DNA of 64,000 nt from an uncultured delta proteobacterium (GTDB lineage: Bacteria; Desulfobacterota; Binatia; Binatales; Binataceae). The notes below the pieces were generated by a model that saw only the letters and a list, made by a program, of their open reading frames with translations, ran no database searches and was not told the origin of the DNA. The DNA lies in contig CAVQEQ010000004.1 in NCBI GenBank assembly GCA_963711565.1, forward strand, positions 512,001-576,000, read 5' to 3'. Position numbers and translations under genes: made by a program. Position 1 is the stretch's first letter. Each line of letters begins with the position of its first letter. Of this stretch, positions 1 to 9,615 are shown in pieces.

Positions 1-1
1 G

Positions 2-448
2 TCGCTGCTGCCGCAAACCACGCGGCCGTTTCGATGCGAGGCGTACAGCGATTGTCTCGTTGCGGTGGTGAAGCCGGAAATTTTTGTGGATACTGTCCTC
101 GGCGTTCCGCTTGAGCGCCTGAGTATAATCCTCGACGCGACGGTCGGGCGATGGTGGGGAATGCTGGTGCGCTATGCGAACTTCGTGGGGCTGGGACTGC
201 GCGAGCGGCTGGCGGGGGCGCTGCTCGAGTTGGCGGAAAAATTCGGCGTGCGCGATTCGCGCGGCACGCTGCTGACGATCAAGCTGACCCATGCGGATTT
301 GGCGGAGCTGGTGGGTGCGTCACGGCAGCGCACGACCGAGCAGCTCAACGACTTCGAGCGCGAGGGCGTGATTACTCGCGAAGGACGGCGGCTGATAATC
401 GTGCCGGAGAAATTGTGGCAGCTCGCGCAGATGCCGCATCCGAATTGA
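2..448 (+). CDS. Crp/Fnr family transcriptional regulator (5'-truncated by window)
   Basis: C-terminal HTH_Crp motif LTHADLAELVGASRQRTTEQL; frame open from base 2. Confidence 0.88.
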   Translation, partial: SLLPQTTRPFRCEAYSDCLVAVVKPEIFVDTVLGVPLERLSIILDATVGRWWGMLVRYANFVGLGLRERLAGALLELAEKFGVRDSRGTLLTIKLTHADLAELVGASRQRTTEQLNDFEREGVITREGRRLIIVPEKLWQLAQMPHPN

Positions 449-467
449 ACTGCGGGAAAACAAAACG

Positions 468-1301
468 ATGGCAGCGGATAAATTCGTCAACGCGAACGGG
501 CTTCGGCTTCACTACCTGGATTACGGCAACGAGGGCGCGCCGTGGGTCGCCTGCGTCCATGGCCTGACCGGCAACGCGCACAACTTCGACGCGCTCGCGG
601 CGCATCTGGCGGCGAAGTATCACGTGATTTCGGTCAACGTGCGCGGGCGCGGCGACAGTCAGTGGGGTCCGCCGACCGAATATCTCAATCAGAATTACGT
701 GACCGATCTGGCGAAGATGCTCGAGGAGTTGGGCGTTGCACGCGCAAGCCTGATCGGCACGTCGATGGGCGGGATAATCTCGATGATGTACGCGGGCGGA
801 TGGCCCGAGCGAGTCGAGCGGCTGGTGATCAACGATATTGGGCCCGAGATCGATCCGAAGGGCGCGGCGCGAATCGCGGGTTACGTCGGCGAGGCGCCCG
901 AGCGATTCAAGGACATCAACGAAGTCGTGGAGTACTACAAGAAAAATTATCCGCCGATGGCGAAGTTGGCGAACAGCGTCGTCGCCGATCAGGTGAAGTG
1001 GTCGGTCAAGCCGGATGCCGATGGCGAGCTGGTTTGGAAGATGGATCCCAACGTGCGGCGGCCGCTGCGCGGCGCCACCGCGCAGCAACGATTCGATTTG
1101 TGGGTGCCGTATGCGCGCATCGTGTGCCCGACGCTAATCGTGCGCGGCGCGGACAGCGACATCCTGGACAGCGCGACGGCGAACCGGATGTGCAAGGTGC
1201 ACAAGCGCGCGAAGACCGTCGAGGTGCCGGGTGTGGGTCACGCGCCGTCGTTGACGGAGCCCGAGTCGCTCGCCGCCATCGAGGAGCTTTTCGGGACCTG
1301 A
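468..1301 (+). CDS. alpha/beta fold hydrolase
   Basis: HGLTG oxyanion motif, GTSMGG nucleophile elbow, C-terminal GHAP. Confidence 0.92.
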   Translation: MAADKFVNANGLRLHYLDYGNEGAPWVACVHGLTGNAHNFDALAAHLAAKYHVISVNVRGRGDSQWGPPTEYLNQNYVTDLAKMLEELGVARASLIGTSMGGIISMMYAGGWPERVERLVINDIGPEIDPKGAARIAGYVGEAPERFKDINEVVEYYKKNYPPMAKLANSVVADQVKWSVKPDADGELVWKMDPNVRRPLRGATAQQRFDLWVPYARIVCPTLIVRGADSDILDSATANRMCKVHKRAKTVEVPGVGHAPSLTEPESLAAIEELFGT

Positions 1302-1340
1302 AATCTACTTCTGTGCGATCCTGAGCGAAGCGAATCCTTG

Positions 1341-1490
1341 CCTCGCCCGTTTGAGGGGAGAGGCCGACGCTCGTCTTCGAGCGGCGGGTGAGGGACCAAA
1401 TTTTCCGAGATTGCGGATGTGCTGCGCAACAGACAATCGCGCCGCACAAATGTCCCTCACCCTAACCCTCTCCCCACGTGGGGCGAGGGA
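1341..1490. repeat. REP-like family B inverted pair between convergent genes
   Basis: GGGTGAGGGAC (1386-1396) is complementary to GTCCCTCACCC (1452-1462), followed by CCCTAACCCTCTCCCC..GGGGCGAGGG. Confidence 0.7.
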
Positions 1491-1521
1491 ATTGGAAGGA
1501 GGGGAATCAAACCAGATTGGA

Positions 1522-2541
1522 TCAGTGCGGGAATTCCACCATCACCTTCGCGCGAGTGCCGGGACGCTTCAACTCGGTAAACATCGCGGGCACTTCGTCA
1601 ACGTTGATCACGTCGGTGATCATCGGTGTCGCGTCGATTGTGCCGTTGGCCAGAGCGTCTATCGTCTCCTGGAATTCGCTGCGGGTGTAGGCGAGCGCGA
1701 AATTGATTTGCAGTTCTTTCATCACGCAGGTCAACGGGAAGATGCTGTCTGACTCCAGGCATACGCCGATAACGACCACCTGGCCATGTCGCCCGACCAT
1801 CCCGATCGCGGCGCCGAGCGTCGATTTCACGCCGATACATTCGAAGACGACATCGGGCGCTCGCCCGGTGATCGATTTGACTGCGTCGGCGGGATCGCTT
1901 TCCGTCGGATTCACGACCGCGCTGGCGCCCAGTTTCATCGCCAGCTCAGTGCGGCCGGGGGCGAGTTCCGACACGACGACCGCGCTCGCGCCCTTGGCCT
2001 TGGCCCATATCAACGTTGAGAGGCCGATCGGCCCCGCGCCCATCACGACTACTCCCATCCCCGGCTCGATCGACGCGTGGTTCACGCCGTGGAGACCGAC
2101 CGAGAGCGGCTCGACCAGCGCGCCGGCGCGGGAGCTGACGTTGGCGGGAAGCTTGAGCAGGCTCGCCGCGCTGCATGCGACGAACTCGGCGTAAGCGCCG
2201 GGTAGCTGGCCGAGTCCGAGGCTGCGGAGCCTGGAACAATGCATCGCGTCGTCGCGTTGGCACCATGCGCACACGCCGCACGCGAAGTACGGCAGCGAGG
2301 TGACCCGATCGCCGAGCTGGTAGCCGTTGACGTTGGGCCCCATCGCGTGAATCTCGCCGCAGAATTCATGGCCCATCACGGTGTCGGCCGCCATTCCGAT
2401 TCCATATTGGACGGCGTGCAGATCAGAACCGCAAATTCCGCAGTTGTGCACCTTGAGCACGACTTCGCCCGCGCCGGCGATGGGATTGGGCACGTCGATC
2501 ACGGCCATCTCGTCTCTTTTCTTGAACACCGCTGCTTTCAT
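1522..2541 (-). CDS. Zn-dependent (MDR) alcohol dehydrogenase
   Basis: GICGSDLH, GHE, CGVCAWC..C structural Zn site, GAGPIG. Confidence 0.93.
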   Translation of the reverse strand: MKAAVFKKRDEMAVIDVPNPIAGAGEVVLKVHNCGICGSDLHAVQYGIGMAADTVMGHEFCGEIHAMGPNVNGYQLGDRVTSLPYFACGVCAWCQRDDAMHCSRLRSLGLGQLPGAYAEFVACSAASLLKLPANVSSRAGALVEPLSVGLHGVNHASIEPGMGVVVMGAGPIGLSTLIWAKAKGASAVVVSELAPGRTELAMKLGASAVVNPTESDPADAVKSITGRAPDVVFECIGVKSTLGAAIGMVGRHGQVVVIGVCLESDSIFPLTCVMKELQINFALAYTRSEFQETIDALANGTIDATPMITDVINVDEVPAMFTELKRPGTRAKVMVEFPH

Positions 2542-2586
2542 CGCCAACCAACCTTTCTTCGAACGCGCGAAGCGAACAAAGGGCGC

Positions 2587-2970
2587 TTACTTTTGCTGTA
2601 TCAGTTCGATCTTGTAGCCGTTGGGATCCTCGATAAACGCAATCGCTGTGGTCCCGTGCTTCATCGGGCCGGGCTCGCGCACGACGTTGACACCCTTTTG
2701 CTTGAGCTCGGCGCAGGTTTTGTAAATGTCATCGACGCCGAGCGCGACGTGTCCATAGGCGGTGCCGATTTCATACTTCGAGGTTCCCCAATTCCAGGTC
2801 AGCTCGATGACGGCGGTTTCTTTCTCGTCGCCGTAGCCGACGAAGGCCAACGTGAACTCGCCGCCGGGAAAGTCGTGCTTGCGCAGCAGTTTCATCCCGA
2901 GCTTGTCGCAGTAAAACTTGAGCGACTCGTCGAGGTTATTCACTCGGAGCATCGTGTGCAGAAGGCGCAT
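2587..2970 (-). CDS. gloA: lactoylglutathione lyase (glyoxalase I)
   Basis: [40 protein letters not shown] match GloA. Confidence 0.95.
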   Translation of the reverse strand: MRLLHTMLRVNNLDESLKFYCDKLGMKLLRKHDFPGGEFTLAFVGYGDEKETAVIELTWNWGTSKYEIGTAYGHVALGVDDIYKTCAELKQKGVNVVREPGPMKHGTTAIAFIEDPNGYKIELIQQK

Positions 2971-2974
2971 GCGC

Positions 2975-3265
2975 TTATCCTCTCGGCTTTTCCGATTTGT
3001 CGCGAGCGCGGCGGGAGTCGATCGCCCGGTTTAGCTCGCCCTTGATTTCGGCGAAGACGTCTTCGGTCGGCGCGATCCCTGCGGCCTTCATCCGCTCGAC
3101 CAGTTCGTAGCGCTCGAGCGCGAGCATCTGCTTGGCTTCATGCTCATGCAGGCGCTTGACCCGCACCAGTTCGAGGATCGCGAGCTCGCGCACGCGTGCA
3201 GCGAAGTCGAACTCGGTAAACTGGGCGTCGAAGAGGTCGTCTGGTAGATCGAGTTTCAGATTCAC
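2975..3265 (-). CDS. UPF0175 family protein (antitoxin-like, no toxin partner adjacent)
   Basis: 96 aa, LKLDLPDD N-terminus and LAILELV..EAKQML helix pattern. Confidence 0.6.
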   Translation of the reverse strand: MNLKLDLPDDLFDAQFTEFDFAARVRELAILELVRVKRLHEHEAKQMLALERYELVERMKAAGIAPTEDVFAEIKGELNRAIDSRRARDKSEKPRG

Positions 3266-3436
3266 AAAGTGCTCAGTCTCCGACTCTCCGCAATCGGGAA
3301 AGTATTGTCAATCGGTGGAGAGGAGGAGCAGCCTTTGCAGAGTACCGGGCTAATGTTTTAAGTTCATGCGCGAGAATAGTTTGCCGATCGTCAACAGCCG
3401 GTACAGGCCGTCGAGCCGTGCCAGGAGAATTGCGCG

Positions 3437-4627
3437 ATGGATTTCAATTTCAATCCCGAAGACGAAGCGTTCCGGATGGAGTTTCGCGAGTGGCTCAACG
3501 CCAACAAGCAGTTCGCGCCGCATATGGGCGAGACCACGATCGGAATGGCCGAGGGCCGCGGCGAGTTCGACCAACAGAAGCGATGGGCGAAAAAGATGGC
3601 CGAGGGCAGGTGGCTCGCGCCGAGCTGGCCGGAGAAATACGGCGGACGCGGCGCCGGCATCCTGCAGAACATCGTCTACGGCGAGGAGCTCGCGCGCGCG
3701 GGCGTCACCGCACCGATGATCGGGATGGGCATCAGCTTGTTCGGGCCGACGTTGTTGCATTGGGGGACCGAGGAGCAGAAGCAGCGCTTTATCCCGCCGA
3801 TCATGAAAGCCGAAGAAATCTGGTGCCAGGGATATTCCGAGCCGGGTTCGGGCTCCGACCTCGCATCGCTGCAGACGCGCGCGGTCGAGGACGGCGACTA
3901 CTTCGTCGTCAACGGGCAGAAAGTGTGGACGTCGATCGCGCAGCATGCCGACTGGATCTTCCTGCTCGTCCGCACGGACCCCGACGCGCCCAAGCACAAG
4001 GGGATCAGCTACCTGATGGTGGATATGCACAGTCCCGGTGTGTCGGTGCGCCCGCTGGTGCAGATCACGGGCAACAAGGGATTTAACGAAGTATTTTTCG
4101 AAGACGTTCGCGTGCCGAAGAAAAATCTCGTCGGTGAGAAGAACCAGGGCTGGCAGGTCGCGATTACGACGCTGATGTTCGAGCGCTCGGGCGGCGGCGG
4201 CGATCGCGGTGGAATGTCGCAAGTGCGCGAATTGACCTCGCTTGCAAAATCCCTGCAGCGCAACGGCGCGACCGCATGGGATGACGCGAGCGTGCGGCAG
4301 AAGATCGCCGAGTTCGCATGCGAGGCGACTGCGCTGCGCTACACCGGATATCGTCAGCTCACGCGGCGGCTGAAGGGGATGCCGCCGGGGCCGGAAGGCT
4401 CGATGATGAAGCTGTGCGGCACCGAATTGAACATGCGAATCCAACTATTCGCGATGGAGTTGCTCGGGCCTTACAGCCAGATGGAGTACAAGGCGCCGTT
4501 CGCGATCGACAAGGGCAAGTGGTCGTTCCGGATGTTGGCGGCGCGCGGCGGCACGATAGCTGCCGGCAGCAATCAGATCCAACATAATATTATCGGTGAG
4601 CGCGTGCTGGGACTGCCCAAGGGATGA
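3437..4627 (+). CDS. acyl-CoA dehydrogenase (FadE26/29/34-like)
   Basis: WCQGYSEPGSGSDLASL, NGQKVWTS, FNEVFFEDVRVP, IIGERVLGLP. Confidence 0.95.
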   Translation: MDFNFNPEDEAFRMEFREWLNANKQFAPHMGETTIGMAEGRGEFDQQKRWAKKMAEGRWLAPSWPEKYGGRGAGILQNIVYGEELARAGVTAPMIGMGISLFGPTLLHWGTEEQKQRFIPPIMKAEEIWCQGYSEPGSGSDLASLQTRAVEDGDYFVVNGQKVWTSIAQHADWIFLLVRTDPDAPKHKGISYLMVDMHSPGVSVRPLVQITGNKGFNEVFFEDVRVPKKNLVGEKNQGWQVAITTLMFERSGGGGDRGGMSQVRELTSLAKSLQRNGATAWDDASVRQKIAEFACEATALRYTGYRQLTRRLKGMPPGPEGSMMKLCGTELNMRIQLFAMELLGPYSQMEYKAPFAIDKGKWSFRMLAARGGTIAAGSNQIQHNIIGERVLGLPKG

Positions 4628-4654
4628 TTGAATATCCGAAATGGGTTTCATCCG

Positions 4655-4760
4655 TTCCCCCTTTCCAGCGTGGAAAGGGGGCGAGGGGGATAGGACGGGA
4701 GATGAGCTCCATTTCTCGGTTCCCCTTCCCATTCGTGGGAAGGGGTTAGGGGTTAGGTTC
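4655..4760. repeat. double-hairpin REP-like element (family B), copy 1
   Basis: CCCCCTTTCC..GGAAAGGGGG and CCCCTTCCC..GGGAAGGGGTTAGGGGTTAGG; similar copy at 6150-6260. Confidence 0.75.
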
Positions 4761-4791
4761 TTTTACTATTACTCTAAGGGATAGGTTCTGT

Positions 4792-5973
4792 ATGGATTTT
4801 AACTATACGCCGGAAGACGAGGCATTTCGCGGAGAGCTGCGCGCGTGGCTCGAAGCCAACAAGAAATTCGCGCCGCCGCCCGCGAACATCATGGCCGACG
4901 AGGGCGCCGGTGACTGGGAGGCTCGCGTCAACTGGCACAAGAAGCTCAACGAGGGCGGCTGGGTCGCCGTCAACTGGCCCAAGGAATACGGCGGGCGAGG
5001 CGCTACCGTGATGCAGCGGCTAATCTATCGCGAGGAGCTCACCCGCCTCGGCCTGAGCGAGCCGTTCATCGGAATGGGTATCAGTCTGCTCGGGCCGACG
5101 CTGATGCATTGGGGGACCGAGGATCAGAAGAAAAATCACATTCCGAAAATTCTCAAGGGCGAAGAAATCTGGTGCCAAGGATATTCGGAGCCGGGCTCTG
5201 GCTCGGACTTGGCGTCGGTGCAGACGCGCGCGATCGACGACGGCGACGATTTCGTCGTCAACGGGCAGAAAGTCTGGACCTCGATGGCGCAGCATGCGGA
5301 CATGATTTTCGCACTCGTGCGCACCGATCCCGACGCGCCCAAGCACAAGGGCATCAGCTACCTGCTGGTCGATATGCACAGTCCCGGCGTCACGGTACGG
5401 CCGCTGGTGCAGATGACGGGCGGCAAGGGCTTCAACGAAGTTTTCTTCGAGGACGTGCGCGTGCCGAAGAAAAATATCGTCGGCGAGCGCAACAACGGCT
5501 GGCAGGTCGCGATGACCACGCTGATGTTCGAGCGCGGCAGCGGCGGCGGCGAAGGCTACCTCGGCGAAGTGCATGAGCTGGCGCGCCTCGCCAAACGGAT
5601 CCCGCGTAACGGCAGCAACGCCTGGGACGATTCGAGCGTGCGGCAACGCGTGGCGGAGTTCGCGGCCGAGGCGCTGGCGCTTCGCTATACCGGCTATCGC
5701 CAGTTGACGCGTCAATTGAAGGGACTGCCGCCGGGCCCGGAAGGCTCGATGATGAAGCTGTGCGGCACCGAGCTCGGACTCAAGATCGCGCTGTACGCGA
5801 TGGAACTGCTCGGGCCGTACAGCCAGCTCGAATTCAACGCGCCGTTCGCCGTCAACAAAGGCAAATGGTCGTTCAGAATGCTGGCGGCGCGTGGTCCGAC
5901 AATCTACGCCGGCACGAATCAGATCCAGCACAACATCATAGGCGAGCGAGTGCTGGGACTGCCCAAGGGCTAG
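4792..5973 (+). CDS. acyl-CoA dehydrogenase, tandem paralog of 3437-4627
   Basis: Same ACAD motifs; long identical peptide stretches shared with the upstream gene. Confidence 0.95.
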   Translation: MDFNYTPEDEAFRGELRAWLEANKKFAPPPANIMADEGAGDWEARVNWHKKLNEGGWVAVNWPKEYGGRGATVMQRLIYREELTRLGLSEPFIGMGISLLGPTLMHWGTEDQKKNHIPKILKGEEIWCQGYSEPGSGSDLASVQTRAIDDGDDFVVNGQKVWTSMAQHADMIFALVRTDPDAPKHKGISYLLVDMHSPGVTVRPLVQMTGGKGFNEVFFEDVRVPKKNIVGERNNGWQVAMTTLMFERGSGGGEGYLGEVHELARLAKRIPRNGSNAWDDSSVRQRVAEFAAEALALRYTGYRQLTRQLKGLPPGPEGSMMKLCGTELGLKIALYAMELLGPYSQLEFNAPFAVNKGKWSFRMLAARGPTIYAGTNQIQHNIIGERVLGLPKG

Positions 5974-5996
5974 GGGAAGGGTAGATCACTTAATCT

Positions 5997-6063
5997 AATG
6001 TGAAACCCGCGGTGGGTTTCACGCTTCCTTCGGCAGGGGTGACCCCTGCACCCGGTGCTAAGA
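5997..6063. repeat. family A composite repeat (GTGAAACCC hairpin + GCAGGGGTGACCCCTGC core)
   Basis: Near-identical to 21247-21312 and to the reverse complement of 60343-60405. Confidence 0.85.
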
Positions 6064-6149
6064 AAGCCGGACGCGCGGCGCGTCCCCGCTATCCGGTTCC
6101 CCTTCGCGCTCAGGAAATCCGGTTCTCTTTCCCGTGCGAGAGCATTGCT

Positions 6150-6260
6150 GGTCCCCCTTTCCGCCCCGGAAAGGGGGCTATGGGAATAGGACAAAGGTGC
6201 GCTTCGACATTTCTTCCGGTTCCCCTTCCCGCGCGGGAAGGGGTCAGGGGTTAGGTTCTT
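6150..6260. repeat. double-hairpin REP-like element (family B), copy 2
   Basis: CCCCCTTTCC..GGAAAGGGGG...CCCCTTCCC..GGGAAGGGGTCAGGGGTTAGGTTCTT. Confidence 0.75.
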
Positions 6261-6353
6261 CTCCGTCCGACTCTTGCTATCAACATTCATTACGCCAATT
6301 TTACTTTACAGTTAATTCATTTCGTGGCAGTGTCGCGCCAACGCGCAATCTGT

Positions 6354-7091
6354 ATGCTGCTGCAACTCACCGCTTCCGCTTACTTCGACTTCCTGAATCA
6401 ATTCGCTTCCCTCGCCCGTGACCCCGTCGGCTACGGCGTCGGAGTGCCGCGCGGCGACGGCCGTCCCGTACTGCTGATTCCTGGATTCACCGCGGGCGAT
6501 TGGTCGCTCGGAACCCTGGCGCGATGGCTGGGGCGCGTCGGGTACAAGCCGTACCTGTCGGGAATCGATCTCAACGTCGGATGCCCGCGGCGCAAGGTGG
6601 AACTGGTTGGATGGCGGGTCGAAAAGATCGCACGCGAATCCGGCCAGCGCGTCACGATCATCGGGCATAGCCTCGGCGGCGTGCTCGGACGCGCAATCGC
6701 CGCGTCGAATCCCGCGATCGTGCGCGAAGTGATCGCATTGGGATCGCCGATTCGCAGCGGATGGACGGGAGTACACGATCAAGTGCGGCCCGCGTTGCAG
6801 GCGATCCAGACATTCTGGCAGACGTTCTCCAGCGCGCCCGCAAACTGCGGGACGATGGAATGCTCGTGCGGCATCGCCGACGCCGTGTTCGCGCCGACAC
6901 CCGAGACCAGCCGCTTCAGCGCGATCTACACGCGCCGCGACGAGGTGGTGCAATGGCAATCGTGCATCGACGACACCGGGGCCAATTACGAAGTGTCGGG
7001 ATTGCACGTGAGCTTGATCGTCAATCGCGAGGTCTATCGAATCCTCGGCGCCATCCTCGCGGACGCCGGATTCGAGAACGCCGCCGCTTGA
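6354..7091 (+). CDS. esterase/lipase family alpha/beta hydrolase
   Basis: PVLLIPGF, GHSLGG, LGSP, terminal H in SGLHVSL; start may be GTG 6324. Confidence 0.88.
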   Translation: MLLQLTASAYFDFLNQFASLARDPVGYGVGVPRGDGRPVLLIPGFTAGDWSLGTLARWLGRVGYKPYLSGIDLNVGCPRRKVELVGWRVEKIARESGQRVTIIGHSLGGVLGRAIAASNPAIVREVIALGSPIRSGWTGVHDQVRPALQAIQTFWQTFSSAPANCGTMECSCGIADAVFAPTPETSRFSAIYTRRDEVVQWQSCIDDTGANYEVSGLHVSLIVNREVYRILGAILADAGFENAAA

Positions 7092-7150
7092 ACCTTTCCC
7101 GTCTCTAGTTAGTATTCATCACTGGTATTCCAACAAGAGGAGATTCCGAC

Positions 7151-7978
7151 GTGGCAGCAGTTCGCGATTTCGCCCAGAGCAAAGATGGGGTCAAACTTCG
7201 CTACGAGATTCGAGGGAGTGGCGAGCCGGTCGCGCTCATCATGGGATTCAGCGGCTCGGGCCGCGGATGGGGCGAGGCGTTTCTCAAGCTGATGGAAGCG
7301 CGGTTCAAGATTTTCGTAATCGACAATCGCGGCACCGGTGAGAGTGACAAGCCCGACGCCGAGTTCACACTCGGCGACCTGGCCGCGGATGTCGCGGCCG
7401 TGCTCGACCATGCCAAGACGCCGCGCGCGCATATTTTCGGAATCTCGATGGGCGGGATGATCGCGCAGGAATTCGCGCTGGCGTATCCGGCGCGCACGCG
7501 CGGGCTGGTGCTCGGATGTACCAACTGCGGCGCGAGTCATTCGATTCCGGCCGATCCTGCGGCGATCGCCAACCTGATACCCGCGCCCGGCATGGATCCG
7601 CTCGAGCAGGCGCGGCGCGCATTCTCGGTCGCGTGCGGCAAGGCGTTTCTGAATTCGGCGGCGGGGCAGGCGATTCTGACGCAAGCGATGGCCGAGATGG
7701 GCAACTATCCCATCACGCCGATGCATACGTTCATGCTGCAGGGACAGGCGATTGGCGGCTTCGACAGTTTCGCGCGGCTTGGACAAATCAAGTCGCCGAC
7801 ACTAATTATTCACGGTGATGACGACTCGATCGTGCCGTATCCAAACGCGGAAGTTCTGCACGGTGCGATAGCGGGTTCGAAAAAGCATACACTCAAGGCT
7901 GCTGGTCACATGTTTTTCTGGGAAGTGCCCGAGGAAACTGTGCGCGTGGCGGGCGACTTCCTGGACGCGGTGAAGTAA
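7151..7978 (+). CDS. alpha/beta fold hydrolase
   Basis: DNRGTG, GISMGG, HGDDD, AGH; GAGGAG RBS. Confidence 0.92.
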   Translation: MAAVRDFAQSKDGVKLRYEIRGSGEPVALIMGFSGSGRGWGEAFLKLMEARFKIFVIDNRGTGESDKPDAEFTLGDLAADVAAVLDHAKTPRAHIFGISMGGMIAQEFALAYPARTRGLVLGCTNCGASHSIPADPAAIANLIPAPGMDPLEQARRAFSVACGKAFLNSAAGQAILTQAMAEMGNYPITPMHTFMLQGQAIGGFDSFARLGQIKSPTLIIHGDDDSIVPYPNAEVLHGAIAGSKKHTLKAAGHMFFWEVPEETVRVAGDFLDAVK

Positions 7979-7993
7979 CCGCCGGAGGTTCAC

Positions 7994-8815
7994 ATGGCGA
8001 ACTACGAAACCGTTATTTACGAAAAGGCCGAGGACAAAATCTACCGGCTGACGCTCAATCGGCCGGAGAAGCTCAACGCGCTCTCGCAGAAGCTGCTCAA
8101 GGAACTCGACTCGGTGATGGACGAGTACGAGTCGAATCCCGAAGCGAGCGTGCTGATAATCCGCGGCGCCGGGCGCGCCTTCTCGGCGGGATACGACTTG
8201 CAGGGCACGCAGCATCCGGGGTCAACGTTCACTGTCACCAACGACCGGATGGGGCTGCACAAAACGATCGAGCGATGGCAGCGGTTGTGGGCAATTAACA
8301 AACCGACGATCGCGCAGGTGCATGGCTACTGCCTGGCGGGCGGCACCGAGTTCGTCGGGCATTGCGATATCGTCTTCGCCAGCGAGGACGCGCAGTTCGG
8401 GCATCCTGCCGGCCGCTCGCTCGGAATCCTGCCGACGATGTCGATGTGGCCGGTGCTTATGGGTCCGCGCAAAACGAAGGAATATTTTTTCACCGGCGAC
8501 TACATGTCGGCGAAAGAAGCGCTCGAGTGGCACCTGATCAATCGCGTTTTCCCCAAGGACAAGCTCGAGGAAGAGACGATGAACTACGCGCGCCGCGTCG
8601 CGATGGTGCCGGCGGAATTGTTGATGCTGCACAAGGCTGCGGTGAATCGCTACCTCGATATCATCGGGATTCGCGCGGCCGAGCAGTCGTCGGCCGACAT
8701 CGACGTGATCGCGCATCAGACCGACACCGTGAAGAACTGGATGAAGGCGAGCCGCGAGAAAGGCCTCAAAGGGGCGCTCACGGAACGCGACCGTCCGTTT
8801 GCGAAGAAGGCATAG
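7994..8815 (+). CDS. enoyl-CoA hydratase/isomerase (crotonase) family
   Basis: LNRPEKLNAL, FSAGYDL, VHGYCLAGG; GGAGG RBS. Confidence 0.92.
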   Translation: MANYETVIYEKAEDKIYRLTLNRPEKLNALSQKLLKELDSVMDEYESNPEASVLIIRGAGRAFSAGYDLQGTQHPGSTFTVTNDRMGLHKTIERWQRLWAINKPTIAQVHGYCLAGGTEFVGHCDIVFASEDAQFGHPAGRSLGILPTMSMWPVLMGPRKTKEYFFTGDYMSAKEALEWHLINRVFPKDKLEEETMNYARRVAMVPAELLMLHKAAVNRYLDIIGIRAAEQSSADIDVIAHQTDTVKNWMKASREKGLKGALTERDRPFAKKA

Positions 8816-8858
8816 TAGAGAGACGGGTCTTCTGAGGAAGGGAATCGAGGAGGGGACA

Positions 8859-9575
8859 ATGCTCAAACGTTCGCTGATAGTGGCCGCCGCCGTTCTTATG
8901 GTCGCGTGCAATTCCGGACCGTCACAAACCGCCGACAATACGGTCGGCGGCGCCAACATCGTTTCGTCGGCGAAATCGCCGATGGTGAAGGCGACGACGA
9001 CTTTTTCGCTGGACTGGGGCAAGGATGCGAAAGCCGGGCAGGTCGCGATTGCCGACGTGATCAGCTACGGCGGACCCAAAGTGGCGATCACCGCACCCGC
9101 TGGTTGGCAACTGATTCGCGACGACTCCACTTCGTCGACGCGGCAGTCGCTCTACTGGCATGCAATCCAGGCCAACGATCCCAGCACGTCGACGTGGACA
9201 TTCAGCGCGCCCGTTGATGCGCAGGGCGCGATCCTGTTGCTCGACAATGTCGCGTCAACCATGCCGGTGGATATGACCAGCGGCAACACCGGCAATGGCG
9301 GCACGGTGACAGCCAAATCGGTCGCGACCACCGCCGATGGGGCTCTGATCCTCGGCTTTTATGCAACCGACTTCCATCTCGATGGGCTGTCTCCATCGTT
9401 GCCTGCCGATACCACCGCCGTAATAAATCAGGAAGCGACCTCGAACGAATTCTGGATCCTCGCCAGCTATCAGAATCAGGCCGCCGCCACGGAGGACCAG
9501 GTCTCCAACGCCGCGCAGATCTTCAATTGGACGGCCGCGCAGGTAGCTATAAAGCGGGGCACGGCGACTCCGTGA
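8859..9575 (+). CDS. secreted lipoprotein, unknown function
   Basis: Signal peptide with lipobox LMVA-C; Thr/Ser-rich beta-type extracellular domain; GAGG RBS. Confidence 0.7.
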   Translation: MLKRSLIVAAAVLMVACNSGPSQTADNTVGGANIVSSAKSPMVKATTTFSLDWGKDAKAGQVAIADVISYGGPKVAITAPAGWQLIRDDSTSSTRQSLYWHAIQANDPSTSTWTFSAPVDAQGAILLLDNVASTMPVDMTSGNTGNGGTVTAKSVATTADGALILGFYATDFHLDGLSPSLPADTTAVINQEATSNEFWILASYQNQAAATEDQVSNAAQIFNWTAAQVAIKRGTATP

Positions 9576-9615
9576 TCGACGCGGGTTCTCTTATCGCGTG
9601 AGTTAGCGTAATCGA

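Noticed and set aside
2975-3265. Complete UPF0175-PIN toxin-antitoxin module
   Set aside because: The downstream gene is gloA; no PIN/DUF3368 toxin is adjacent
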